This document shows positions 1-10,827 of a stretch of DNA of 64,000 nt, one piece after another. Both the position numbers and the translations under genes were made by a program. The number at the start of each line of letters is the position of its first letter. Position 1 is the stretch's first letter. Source of the DNA: Squalus acanthias (Eukaryota); NCBI GenBank assembly GCA_030390025.1, contig CM059432.1, forward strand, positions 21,764,001 to 21,828,000, read 5' to 3'. The notes beneath the pieces were generated by a model, which was not told the DNA's origin, did no database searches, and saw only the letters and a program-made list of their open reading frames with translations.

Positions 1-240
1 TTGAAATTGTGTGAAGCAAATCCCATTCTCTGCAAATTGTCTGACCTCAGCATTTGAAAACTGTGACCCATTGTCACTGAACGCTATTAGATGTTTCATG
101 TCTGGAGAAAATAGCTTTCATGCAATTTATCACTGTTTTGCTTGTAGTTTTGTGCATTGTAGTAATCGGTCACTATCAAATAGTTCTTCTGCTGCCATTA
201 GAACAGATCAATACCAACGTTCCAGTATAGTCAATGCTGT
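1..240 (-). pseudogene. Decayed Gypsy/Ty3-type integrase fragment, running off the window edge
   Basis: Manual minus-strand translation gives GIDLF*WQQKNYLIVTDYY..TTSKTVINCMKAIFSRHE..(frameshift)..SDNGSQFSNAEVRQFAENGI, matching the rve core pattern (DLF..YL.VVDY / IF.RHG.P / SDNG.QF). It has a stop and frameshifts. Confidence 0.8.
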
Positions 241-741
241 TTTAATGATGCTATTGTTGTCGTTTGCCTCCTATTCTGACGCAATCTTAGCCAGGACCCT
301 AAAATTGCAAACCCCCTACCTTCTACAGAATAGGGAATAATAGTCATTGGCCATAAGTTTCAGGATAAGAAAAGGGAAATAAAAGAATTATAGTGGCTTA
401 GAGGCATTAAAATTTGGGAAGGCAGGTATTACGTGCTGCTTACCTATGTAAAAGGAGAATGGGGAAGGACTAAAAAAGGAAAGTAGACTGACAGCCAAAT
501 GGAACAGGCTTAAACGATAATTCAGAAAGCAATGGCAGAATGTGTAACTAGGAACCATTGGAAGAATAGAAGGCAGAAGGTAGCCAAGGGAAGGTAAAGA
601 AAGCTATTAGGGATAAAGCAAAGATATCCTTTTGCTATAAGTTGTCAGTGACAGAGGCTAATAAGCACCATTATCAAGAATCACTCAAATAAAGCTGTGA
701 AAAAATATAATGGAATTCTGGGTTTTATCTCAAGAGGCTAG

Positions 742-3200
742 GGGCTAGAAATTCATTATAGCCCAGGAATGGGCGGTCTCTTTAGAAAAGTTTGAGAATT
801 AGCGCCAGGCGCTAATGCTTTCGAGTGCACGCAAAATTCATTCCCACTGCTCAAAGAAATGATTGGGGTGCTAAATCAAGTCTTAAAGGCCTAGCTCAGT
901 GGCGTTACACTGAAAGGGTAGGACCAATATCGGGTGCAGTCTATTGCCACAGGCTTTTTTTTTATTCGTTCATGGGATGTGGGCGTCGCTGACAAGGCCA
1001 GCACTTATTGCCCATGCCTAGTTGCCCTTGAGAAGGTGGTGGTGAGCTGCCGCCTTGAACCGCTGCAGTCCGTGTGGTGAAGGTACTCCCACAGTGCTAT
1101 TAGGAAGAGAGTTCCAGGATTTTTGACCCAGTGACGATGAAGGAACGGCGATATACTTTCAAGTCAGGATGGTGTGTGACTTGGAGGGGAACTTCAAGGT
1201 GGTGGTGTTCCCATGCGCCTGCTGCCCTTGTCCTTCTAGGTGGTAGAGGTCGTGGGTTTGGGAGGTGCTGCCAAAGAAACCTTGGCGAGTTGCTGCAGTG
1301 CATCTTGTAGATGGTACACACTGCAGCCACAGTATGCCGGTGGTGGAGGGAATGAATGTTTAAGGTGGTGGATGGGGTGCTAATCAAGTCGGCTGCTTTG
1401 TCTTGGATGGTGTCGAGCTTCTTGAGTGTTGTTGGAGCTGCACTCATCCAGGCAAGTGGAGAGTATTCCATCACACTCCTGACTTGTGCCTTGTAGATGG
1501 TGGAAAGGCTTTGGGGAGTCAGGAGGTGAGACACTTGCTGCAGAATACCCAGCCTCTGACCTGCTCTTGTTGCCACTGTATTTATGTGGCTGGTCCAGTT
1601 AAGTTTCTGGTCAATGGTGACCCCCAGGATATTAACGGTAGGGGATTCAGTGATAGTACTGCCGTTGAATGTCAAGGGGCGGTGGTTAGATGCTCGCTTG
1701 TTGGATATAGTCATTGCCTGGCACTTGTGTGGCACGAATGTTACCTGCCAATTATCAGCCCAAGCCTGAATGTCGTCCAGGTCTTGCTGCATGCGGGCAT
1801 GGACTGCTTCATTATCTGAGGAGTTGCGAATGGCACTGAACACTGTGCAGTCATCAGCGAACATCCCCACTTCTGATCTTATGATGGAGGGAAGGCCATT
1901 GATGAAGCAGCTGAAGATGGTTGGGCCCAGTAATTAAAGGGGAGGTTCATTGATACTGTAGCACCTCATTCTCAGCATTGCTGGCTGTGCAACTGCCTCA
2001 GCAAGGAGAAGCACAACAAGGAGAAGGAGCCAGAGGACTGAAGTAGGTGTGCTCATGGCAGATCCACCTCAGTGGGGTGGTCAGGGTGATTTAATGCTTC
2101 AACAAATGCTACATACCACCATTTGTACCACAAGCTTCACACACTGCCCGAAGCACCACGCCCCCAGCGCTCAACCACCAACAATTTCTACCTACCAACA
2201 CTCACACCCACATCTCACACTTTGCACACAATTACAGCTATTCAACTATGGCAGGCACAAGGGTCATTAGTTATTAGAATGAATGTGATATGTGTGATAT
2301 GTTTATGCATAAATTTATTAATGGAGTTAGCAATATTTTGTGGTCTCTCTCATTTCACCTTTACGCCCAGGAGGACGCTGTGTATGGCATGACACAGCGA
2401 TGGTATGATGGGCATGTGGTGAGCAAAAGGGACCTGGGGTTTAAGTCATCCTGGTGTGAGGCTGGAGGTCTGTATGGAGAAGGTGGCAGAGTTCTGTGAT
2501 GTGGAGCTAATATACTGCTCCACGCTTAATTGAAGGTAGGAGAGGTGTTGTCGGAATACTCTCGGAGGGTAAGGCCTCCTGGTGAGAGCCCTGATGTCCT
2601 TCCTCATCCCTCCGTGCAAATGTTCCCGTATTTCTGGCCGCCTACGCTCCCTCCGCCGTAGATCCTGGAGGGCGAGGTGGCGTCAGTACAGCCCCCATTA
2701 ATGTTACCAAGTGTAGCAGTTTGAATCTTTGAACAATAAATGTAGCTGTTTTGCACTTGCCAGAAGACTGCTGATAAAAAAGAAGCTTGAAATTATTCAT
2801 ACAAACTGCTCCACTGGCTGTAACTGACCAGAAGCCATGGAAACTTACCTGCTCTGACAGCTGTGAGTGGTGAATGCTGATGCCTTTAAATAACGTCGTT
2901 GGAGCCAGCTTCCATCAGCTGTGCGTCTGCTCTCCCTGTCGTTGTCTGGTCGAGCCGCAAAGGTAAGTAGCGACAATGAATTTTGCAGATCGGGCGCCAG
3001 GTGAGCGTTACATGCTCACTGACGTCACGATCTGCCTGGCGTTGAAGACCCCATACTGACGGCGCAACGGTGGGGGAGGGGGGCGCGGATTTCCCATGCG
3101 GCGCTGGATTCGCCTCACCCTGGCGCTGCTGCATCAGCGGCCCATTACTGCCCTCTGCAGGCACTAACGGGAGTCGCTAATCTACCGAATTTTTCCCTGG
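742..3200 (-). mobile_element. Decayed internally deleted Harbinger element
   Basis: Ends GGGCTAGAAATT and AATTTTTCCCTGG, flanked by TAG/TAG. Minus strand at ~2450-2600 reads RRPYPPRVFRQHLSYLQLS..ITELCHLLHTDLQPH, homologous to the transposase N-terminus at 6417. Contains ATTAGCGCCAGGCGCTAAT. Confidence 0.8.
955..1930 (-). mobile_element. 5'-truncated CR1-group LINE ('family B'): RT C-terminal part and 3' tail
   Basis: ORF 1100-1870 has the FADD motif and IYKAQVRSVMEYS. Same family as 11137-13118, 30428-31477 and 52620-52942. A-rich tail at ~955-965. Confidence 0.9.
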
Positions 3201-3404
3201 TAGACTATAAAAATCATGACATAATGATGAACCTGTATAAAACCTTAATAAGATCACAGTTAAAATACTGTATGCAGTATTGGGCTCTGCAGTATAGCAA
3301 GGATATTGAGGCTTCACTAGGATGTTGACTGGTATGAGGAAACATAAATTTGAAGGAAGTCTTGAAAAATTGGGCCTTTTTTTGTTAGAACAACACAGAA
3401 TCTG

Positions 3405-3533
3405 AAGGAAAAAATTAGCAGGGCTACGGGGAAAAGGCAGGGGAGTGGGATTTGCTGAAATGCTCTTGCAGAGAGCCTGCATAGGCTCGACGGGCCGAAT
3501 GGCCTCCTTCTGTGCTGTAACCATTCTATGATT
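3405..3533 (+). mobile_element. CR1 3' tail fragment
   Basis: gggctacggggaaaaggcagg..gggccgaatggcctccttctgtgctgtaaccattctatga. The rest of the ttctatga microsatellite resumes at 5863-5885. Confidence 0.8.
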
Positions 3534-5862
3534 ATAGAATCATAGAATCATAGAATGGTTACAGCACGGTAGGAGGCCATTCGGCCTGTCGAGCCCGTGC
3601 CAGCTCTCTGCAAGAGCACTTCAGCTAGTCCCACTCCCCCGCCTTTTCCCTGTAGCCCTGCAAATTTTTTACCTTCAGTTACTTATCTAATTCCCTTTTG
3701 AAAGCCATGATTGAATCTGCCTCCACCACCCTTTCAGGCAGTGCATTCCAGATCCTAACCACTCGCTGCGTAAAATAGTTTTTCCTCATGTTGCCTTTGG
3801 TTCTTCTGCCAATCACCTTAAATTTGTGTCCTTTGGTTCTCAACCCTTCCGCCATTGGGAACAGTTTCTCTCTATCTACTCTGTCTAGACCCCTCATGAT
3901 TTTGAACACCTCTATCAAATCTCCTCTCAATCTTCTCTGCTCTAAGGCGAACAACCCCAGCCTCTCCAGTGTTTTATAACGATTCATCATAACTTCCTTG
4001 CTTTTGTACTCTATGCCTCTATTTATAAAGCTCAGGATCCCGTATGCTTTTTTAAATGTTTTCTCAACCTGTCCTGCCACCTTCAATGATTTGTACACAT
4101 ATACCCCCAGGTCTCTCTGTTCCTGCACCCCTTTTAGAATTGTATCCTTTAGTTTATATTGCCTCTCCTCGTTCTTCCTACCAAAATGTATCACTTCACA
4201 CTTTTCTGCGTTAAACTTTATCTGCTACGTGTCTGCCCATTCCACCAACCTGTCTATGTCCTCTTGAAATCTATCCCTGTCCTCCTCACTGTTCACTATA
4301 CTTACAAGTTTTGTGTAATCTGCAAATTTTGAAATTGTGCCTTGTACACCTAACTCCAAATCATTAGTATATATCAAGAAAAGCAGTGGTCCTAGTACCG
4401 ACCCCTGGGGAACACCACTGTATACCTTCCTCATGTCCGAAAAACTACCGTTCACCACTACTCTCTGTTTCCTGTCATTTAGCCAACTTTGTATCCATGC
4501 TGCCACTGTCCCTTTTATTCCATGGGCTTCAACTTTGCTGGGAAGCCTATTATGTGGCACTTTATCACACACCTTTTGGAAGTCCATGTACACCCCATCA
4601 ACTGCATTGCCCTCATCAACCCTCTCTGTTACCTCATCAAAAAATTCGATCAAGTTCGTTAAACACGATTTGCCTTTAACAAATCTGAGCTGGCTTCCCT
4701 TAATTAATCCACACTTGTCCAAGTGACTGTTAATTTTGTCCCGGATTATCCTTTCTAAAAGCTTCACCACTACCGAGGTTAAACTGACTGGCCTGTAATT
4801 GCTGGGTTTATCCTTACACTCTTTTTTGAACAAGGGTGTAACATCTGCAATTCTCCAGTCCTCTGGCACCACCTCCGTATCTAAGGAGCATTGGAAGATT
4901 ATGGCCAGTACCTCCGCAATTTCCACCTTTACTTCCCTCAGCATCCTAGGATGCATCCCATCCGGTCCTGATGACTTATCTACTTTAAGTCCAGCCAGCC
5001 TTTCTAGTACCTCCTCTTTATCAATTTTTATCCCATCCAATATCTCAACTACCTCCTCTTTCACTATGACTTTGGCAGCATCTTCTTCCTTGGTAAAGAC
5101 AGATGCAAAGTATTCATTTAGTATCTCAGCCATGCCCTCTGCCTCCATGTGTAAGTCTCCTATTTGGTCCCTAATCGGCCCCTCCTCTTACTACCTATTT
5201 ACTAGTTATATGCCTATAGAATACTTTTGGATTCCTTTTTACGTTAGCTGCCAATCTATTCTCATATTTCCTCTTCACCCCTTTTATTTCCTTTTTTACT
5301 TCCCTTCTGAACTTTCTGTATTCAGCCTGGTTCTCACTTGTATTCTCAACCTGACATCTGTCATACTCCCATTTTTTCTGCTTTATCTTACTCACTATCT
5401 CTTTCGTCATCCAGGGAGCTCTGGCTTTGGTTGCCCTACCTTTCTCCTGAGTGGGAATGTACCCCGACTGTATCAGAACCATCTCCTCTTTAAAGGCAGA
5501 CCATTGTTCAATTACATTTTTGGCTGCCAATCTTTGATTCCAATTTACCTGGACCAGGTCCATTCTCAACCCACTGAAATTGGCTCTAGATTGCTCTTTG
5601 TCCTTTTCCATAGTTGACCCAAAAACCTTATGATACTATGATTACTGTTCCCTAAATGTTGCGCTACTGAAACTTGATCCACCTGTCCCACCTCATTCTC
5701 CAGAACCAGATCCTGCAATGCCTCCTTCGTCGTTGGGCCGGAACGTACTGATCAATAAAGTTCTCTTGAATACACTTCAGAAATTCTTCCCCCTCTCTGC
5801 CCTTTACACTATTACTATCCCAGTCTATATTAGGATAATTGAAGTCCCCCATTATCACGACT
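3534..5862 (-). mobile_element. 5'-truncated CR1 LINE with frameshifted ORF2 (end of endonuclease plus RT)
   Basis: ORF pieces 5664-5858 (GDFNYPNIDW), 5195-5611, 4225-5148 (NYRPVSLTS, PQGSVLGP, FADY) and 3679-4194; (CATAGAAT)n tail at 3534-3555. Confidence 0.95.
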
Positions 5863-6416
5863 ATGTTTCTATGATTCTATGATTATGGGGCAATCTGACA
5901 GAAGGGGGTAAAAATTCAGTTGGTTGCGCCTCCCGTTAGCGCCTTAAATGGGCGCTAATGGGGCGTTAAGGCGCTAACGCCCGGGCGCAGCGCTGTTTGC
6001 GCCGCTCGAGAACTTAACTTGAGATTGTGCGGCGGCGCTAAAACTTACCGCTGCGACCACCTGCGCGCGCAGATTGTGACGTCATTCCATGGTGCAACGC
6101 CCTTGGGGCGCCCCGGAGCGGAAATTGAGTGGCGCCCCCTGCCTTACCGCCTGGCGCTTCCAACGACCGGAAGACTGGAACGTTATCAATCGGTGTGGGG
6201 CTGGGGGGGGCGCTATTTAAAGGGGGCCTCTTCCTGTCTTTTTCTGTGGTCGACATTTATGCACCACTCGTTCTGAGAGAGAGAGAGAGATTCGGAGAGA
6301 GAGAGAGAGAGACTTCTACATTGACTCAACGCTTTGTGAGGTAGTTTTGCCTAGTTCATCCTAACTTTGCTGCTACTTTCGTTGCTGTACCTCATTACTT
6401 TTCTGGCAAAGAGAAT

Positions 6417-7577
6417 ATGGGGGCGTCAATGATTGGGGGCGTCGTCCTGCTCCAGCTCAATCGGAGGAGAGTGAGACGCAGACAGAGAGTGGCAATGATG
6501 GCCAGACGGAGGAGGGCCATCAGGCGCATGTACAGGAGAGCTTACCCTCCCAGGGTATATCGTGAACAGCTCTCCTACATCCACATGTCCGAGGAGCTGT
6601 GTTTGCGAAGGCTGCGATTCAGCAAGGAGGTGGTCACTGAGCTCTGCCACCTGCTGCAGCCAGATCTGCAGCCTCAGCTGAGGTCCAGGACGTCTCTGTC
6701 GGTGGCAGTGAAGGTCACAGTGGCTTTGAACTTCTACGCCACTGGCTCATTCCAAGCTGCTGTTGGGGACCTCGCCAATATCTCCCAGTTTGCGGTGCAT
6801 CGCTGCATCCGGCAGGTCACCAATGCCCTCTTCACAAGGAGACGAGACTTCATCTCCTTCCCTATGACCCCAGACAAGCAGCATGACCGTGCTATGGGCT
6901 TTGCGAGGGTAGCGGGCTTCCCCATGGTGCAGGGCGCCATTGACTGCACGCATGTGGCTTTGCGTGCTCCGCGAGAGAATGCAGAGGAGTTCCGGAACAG
7001 AAAGGGGTTCCATTCCTTGAATGTGCAGTTGGTCTGTGACCACAGACAGGTGATTCTCGCTGTCAATGCCCACTATCCGGGCAGCTGCCACGATGCTTTC
7101 ATCCTGCGCCAGAGTACTGTGGCAGAAATTTTCGAGGCACCGCATCAGCCAGTTGGTTGGCTTCTGGGGGACAAGGGGTACGCATTGAGCACCTGGCTGA
7201 TGACACCGCTCCGTGCGCCAAACACCCCTGCTGAGCTGCGGTACCAGGAAAGCCAACAAGCAACGAGGAACATTATTGAGCGCACAATCGGCGTGCTCAA
7301 ACAACGATTCCGCTGTCTGGACCATTCCGGAGGAGCCCTGCAGTACTCGCCTGAGCAAGTTTCCAAATTCGTAGTGGTGTGCTGCATGTTGCACAACATG
7401 GCAATCCTCAGGACGCAGCCAATGCCACCAGGCCTTGCAGCACCACAAGAGGAGGAGGAGGAAGAGGAGGAACAGGCCGAGGACGATGATCAGCAGCAGC
7501 ACCAAGGCAGGAGGGCGGCCCACAATGGTCAAACTGCAAGGGCCGTCCGTCAACGACTAATAGCAAGCCGCTTCTAG
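6417..7577 (+). CDS. Harbinger DDE transposase (HARBI1-family nuclease), 386 aa
   Basis: Uninterrupted ORF with LRFSKE, GAIDCTH, NRKGFHSLNVQLVCD, PGSCHDAFIL, LLGDKGY, IERTIGVLKQRF, CCMLHN and an acidic tail. All three catalytic residues are present. Confidence 0.95.
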   Translation: MGASMIGGVVLLQLNRRRVRRRQRVAMMARRRRAIRRMYRRAYPPRVYREQLSYIHMSEELCLRRLRFSKEVVTELCHLLQPDLQPQLRSRTSLSVAVKVTVALNFYATGSFQAAVGDLANISQFAVHRCIRQVTNALFTRRRDFISFPMTPDKQHDRAMGFARVAGFPMVQGAIDCTHVALRAPRENAEEFRNRKGFHSLNVQLVCDHRQVILAVNAHYPGSCHDAFILRQSTVAEIFEAPHQPVGWLLGDKGYALSTWLMTPLRAPNTPAELRYQESQQATRNIIERTIGVLKQRFRCLDHSGGALQYSPEQVSKFVVVCCMLHNMAILRTQPMPPGLAAPQEEEEEEEEQAEDDDQQQHQGRRAAHNGQTARAVRQRLIASRF

Positions 7578-7871
7578 GGCCCCTGCCAGTGCTACAAACA
7601 CGAATCAACCCAGCACGCAACCCCTAAGCCGGCCAAGGCACCAATAATTCCAACCACCAGCCATGTATATTTTGAATACAGAAACTTATTTATTGTACAA
7701 ACTCTGTGTGTGTCAATTCCTCATGACAAACTCATAGAAATAAACACAAAAAAACAGTCAATAACATAACTGGTTCTCACAACCTGGAGATAATGTCCAA
7801 AACACTAAACAAAAGTTGGGCCATGAACCTCGGCCTTTAATAAAAAAATGACCAGCATTTTGGCACACCTC

Positions 7872-9892
7872 CTACTTTTTGCCCTTCGAGGGTGATCTCC
7901 TTCCCTTGCGCACTTCCCCCCTTCTAACCCTACTGCTCCTCCGTAATGGGACCTCAGTGGCTGCAGCAAGGCTGGTGGAAGGCTGCTGCTTGTCAGACCC
8001 TGACACTGCAGATGCCCCTGAAGGACGGCCTCGACCACTTCTGGGCCTGGAGGGCCCGGCTGCAGACTGCACCAACTCTGCATGGGCGGCAGCAGTCTGT
8101 CCTACAGGCGGTGGCAAGTGCAGTGGAGAAGTGACAGTGTTGGCAGCAGGAATGCTGTCATCGTGAGAGAGGACAGCAACTCCCTGCTCGACCGACACAC
8201 TGGCACTCCCACGGGGCAGCACTTCAGCATCCGGAGCAATTTGCCGGAGAACAGATTGCTGGCCTGCTGCGGCGCGGTGACAGCCCCGGGGACATGTGCA
8301 CGAACCATCGAGGATGGCAGCAGTCAGTGCTCGCGTGGCCTCAATCTGAGTCTGCATGAGAGCAGTCTCAGATGGGTTCCTGGCAGCCAGTGACTGAATT
8401 GCAGCAGTAAGCTTTAGTGTGGCATCCGCCTGTGCTACAGCGAAGTGCTCCACACTCCTTGCCAGTGCCTCAATGCATTCGGGCACCCTTCCCACTGCAC
8501 CCATGAGCTCAGTGTGCATGCCCACCGCCTGGCTGTTCATTTCTGCAATCAGCCGCTCCTCCTCTGCGTCCATTGCATTAGGAGTGTCTGGCATACTCTC
8601 CCTCTGGGGAGAAGGCTCCCGTTCTTCCCTCCCCCCCCCCCCATGGCGTTGCTGCAGCCCGCTGGGTCCTGGAACTTCACCATCATCAGCCCCTTCCCCC
8701 CTGCTCCCCCGTTCTTCCCTCCCCCCCCAATGACGTTGCTGCAGCCCGCTGGGTCCTGGAACTTCACCATCATCAGCCCCTTCCCCCCTGCTCCCCTCCG
8801 GGGAAGGCGTGTTCCCAGTGTGGCCATGGGCTTCCTCGGGAGAGGGTGGCACTGATGCTCCGGCTTCCTCTTCCTCCTCAGCTGCAGCATCACTCCCAGT
8901 GGCAGCTTCAGGGACCATCTCCTCAGCTGGTGAATCACCATCTGAAAGCAGGGAGGTACAAGAGTGGCTTTAGCGTGAGGACAGGGTGGCAGTAAGGGAG
9001 GAATAAGTGCAGCGAGTTAGCAAGTTGGATTGAAAGTGTCAAAGGCTGGTATTGTGAGGGACAAGTGGAAGGACAGAGGACAAAAAGGTGATGACCTTAC
9101 CATTGCTGTCCACAACGGGGTCGGCGTCTCCAGTGGCGACGGGACCGATCACCCGGCTTGCCACAATCCTGTGGACGCGCTCCTCCAGATCGCTGAGGGG
9201 TTGCAGCTGAAGCCGCCCTCCACCCGTCCGTTGCTGCTGTCTCCGATTATGAGCCAGCTTAGCCTGCAAGAAAAAGGACAGCATCTGAGTCAATATACAG
9301 CCATGGTCTTGCCTGATGTGCCTCCCATAGGTGAATAGCCCTTACAATATGCAGCCATGGTCTTGCCTGATGTGCCTCCCATAGGTGAATAGCCCTTACA
9401 ATATGCAGCCATGGTCTTGCCTGATGTGCCTCCCATAGGTGAATAGCCCTTACTGTATGCAGCCATGGTCTTGCCTGATGTGCCTCCCATAGGTGAATAG
9501 CCCTTACTGTATGCAAAGTGTGGAATGTGTGTGTGTGTTTGATGAAAGGGCCATAGGTGTTGCATGAGTGTTGTGCATTGGGGTTTTAAGACCCTCTGGC
9601 CATAGAGTGAGGTTGAGATGGAGGGATGGAGAGGTATTGAGAAAAAGCCACTCACCCTGACGACCCGAGTGAGGTCGTTGAACTTTTGGCGGCACTGGAC
9701 ATGGGTCCTGGGCACCATGCTCCTGGAGGAGACGCTCTGAGCCACCTCCCTCCACACTCTTCTGAACTCGCGTGGCAAAGGCCTCCTGCCACTCTCCGGG
9801 AACAGCATGCATCGTCTGCGCTCCACTGCGTCAACCAGAGCATCCAAGGCCCGCTCGGTGAAGCGATGAGCGCGTTCTCTCACCCTCTCCAT
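7872..9892 (-). CDS. Harbinger Myb/SANT-like DNA-binding protein; exons 9892-9656, 9263-9101 and 8941-7872; 489 aa
   Basis: Exon 1 RFTERALDALVDAV..W.EVA..V....R...QCRQKFNDL; exon 2 AKLAHNRRQQQRTGGG. Donors GTGAGT and GTAAGG; acceptors TTCTTGCAG and CTTTCAG. 237+163+1070 = 1470 nt, in frame with ORF 7872-8918. Confidence 0.85.
8620..8800. repeat. 87-bp tandem duplication in exon 3 of the Myb/SANT gene
   Basis: GCTGCAGCCC recurs at 8651 and 8738; the peptide GSRGEGADDGEVPGPSGLQQRH..GREER occurs twice and the frame is preserved. Confidence 0.9.
9295..9513. repeat. 54-bp minisatellite, 4 copies, in intron 1 of the Myb/SANT gene
   Basis: Unit GCAGCCATGGTCTTGCCTGATGTGCCTCCCATAGGTGAATAGCCCTTAC(AA/TG)TAT, head-to-tail with no spacers. 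Confidence 0.97.
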
Positions 9893-10296
9893 GCTTGGCA
9901 GCAAAATGGATTACAGGTCTCTCCAGGCTGAGATTCAAGGCTGCAATGAGCAGGGTGTGGCTGGGGAGCAAGTGGCCCCCCCCGCTTTAAGAAGTGTCCG
10001 GCGCCAGTGTGTCTGTGTTCCCTCGCTAACTGGCAGCAGCTGCGCTGCGCTCGTGCGCTGAGGTAGCGCCTCACTCCTAGGCCTTTGCGCCTTAAGAGAG
10101 GTGTGCAGCGCCTAATTTAGCGCTCCACTCACCTCCCGGGGCGGTAAAAGTGAAGTTTCCAGTCAGTGCCGATAATTAGCGCCAGGCGCTAATATTTGCG
10201 TCCAGATGATATTTGCGCCCCAAATGGGGCGCGACCTAATTTCTACCCCAAGGTGTTTAAAGTTATAAAAAAGTGGCACAGGGTAGATGAAAGCAA

Positions 10297-10827
10297 AGGC
10301 AAAATATTGCGGATGCTGGAAATCTCCTTTATATTGGGGAGACCAAACGCAGATTGGATGATCACTTAGTGGAACGCCTCCGTTCAGTCCGCCAGCGTGA
10401 CCCTGAGCTTCCGGTCGCTTGCTATTTTAATTCTCCATCCCACTCTCAATTTGACTTCTCTGTCCTCGGCCTTCCTCACTGTTCTAATGAAGTTCAACAG
10501 AAGCTCGAGGAACAGCACCTCATCTTTCGACTAAGCACTTTACAGCTTTACGGACTCAACATGGAGTTCAACAATTTCAGATCATAACTACTACCCCCAT
10601 TTTTTTGGACAGCAGGTGCTGGTAATGAATCAGCTGTTCACTTAATCTCTCTTGCCTTCCACCCTATCACAGTCCTTCCCTTTTGTTCTTTCCTCCCCTC
10701 CCCGCTTTCACTGCACCTGTACTTGCTTAAAACCTGTTACATATGTAACATTTTCCAGTCCTGACGATAGGTCACTGGCCTGAAATGTTAACTCTGTTTC
10801 TCTCTCAACAGATGCTGCCTGGCCTGT
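10297..10827 (+). mobile_element. Penelope-like element fragment: GIY-YIG endonuclease C-terminus plus pseudo-LTR, with a short inverted pLTR piece at the left end
   Basis: LYIGETKRRLDDH..PVACYFN..EQHLIFRLSTLQLYGLN at 10328-10587; degenerate hammerhead core at 10761-10789; 13-bp TSD TAGAT(G/A)AAAGCAA at 10284-10296 and 10828-10840. Confidence 0.88.

Larger units (their letters stand above)
5905..10249 (+). mobile_element. Full-length, apparently autonomous PIF/Harbinger DNA transposon
   Basis: TIRs GGGGTAAAAATT / AATTTCTACCCC (11/12 match), 3-bp TSD AAG (5902-5904, 10250-10252), two convergent intact genes. Removing it restores the host CR1 frame. Confidence 0.95.

Noticed and set aside
6417..7577. 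Domesticated host gene HARBI1
   Set aside because: It lies within TIRs and a TSD, next to a Myb partner and inside a CR1 fragment, so it is a transposon gene. No symbol assigned.
6426..8855. Antisense and alternative-frame ORFs over the Harbinger genes (e.g. 6747-7553)
   Set aside because: Shadow ORFs of GC-rich coding sequence with no recognisable motifs.
9295..9513. CRISPR-like array
   Set aside because: Units are head-to-tail with no unique spacers, there are no cas genes, and the context is eukaryotic. It is a minisatellite.
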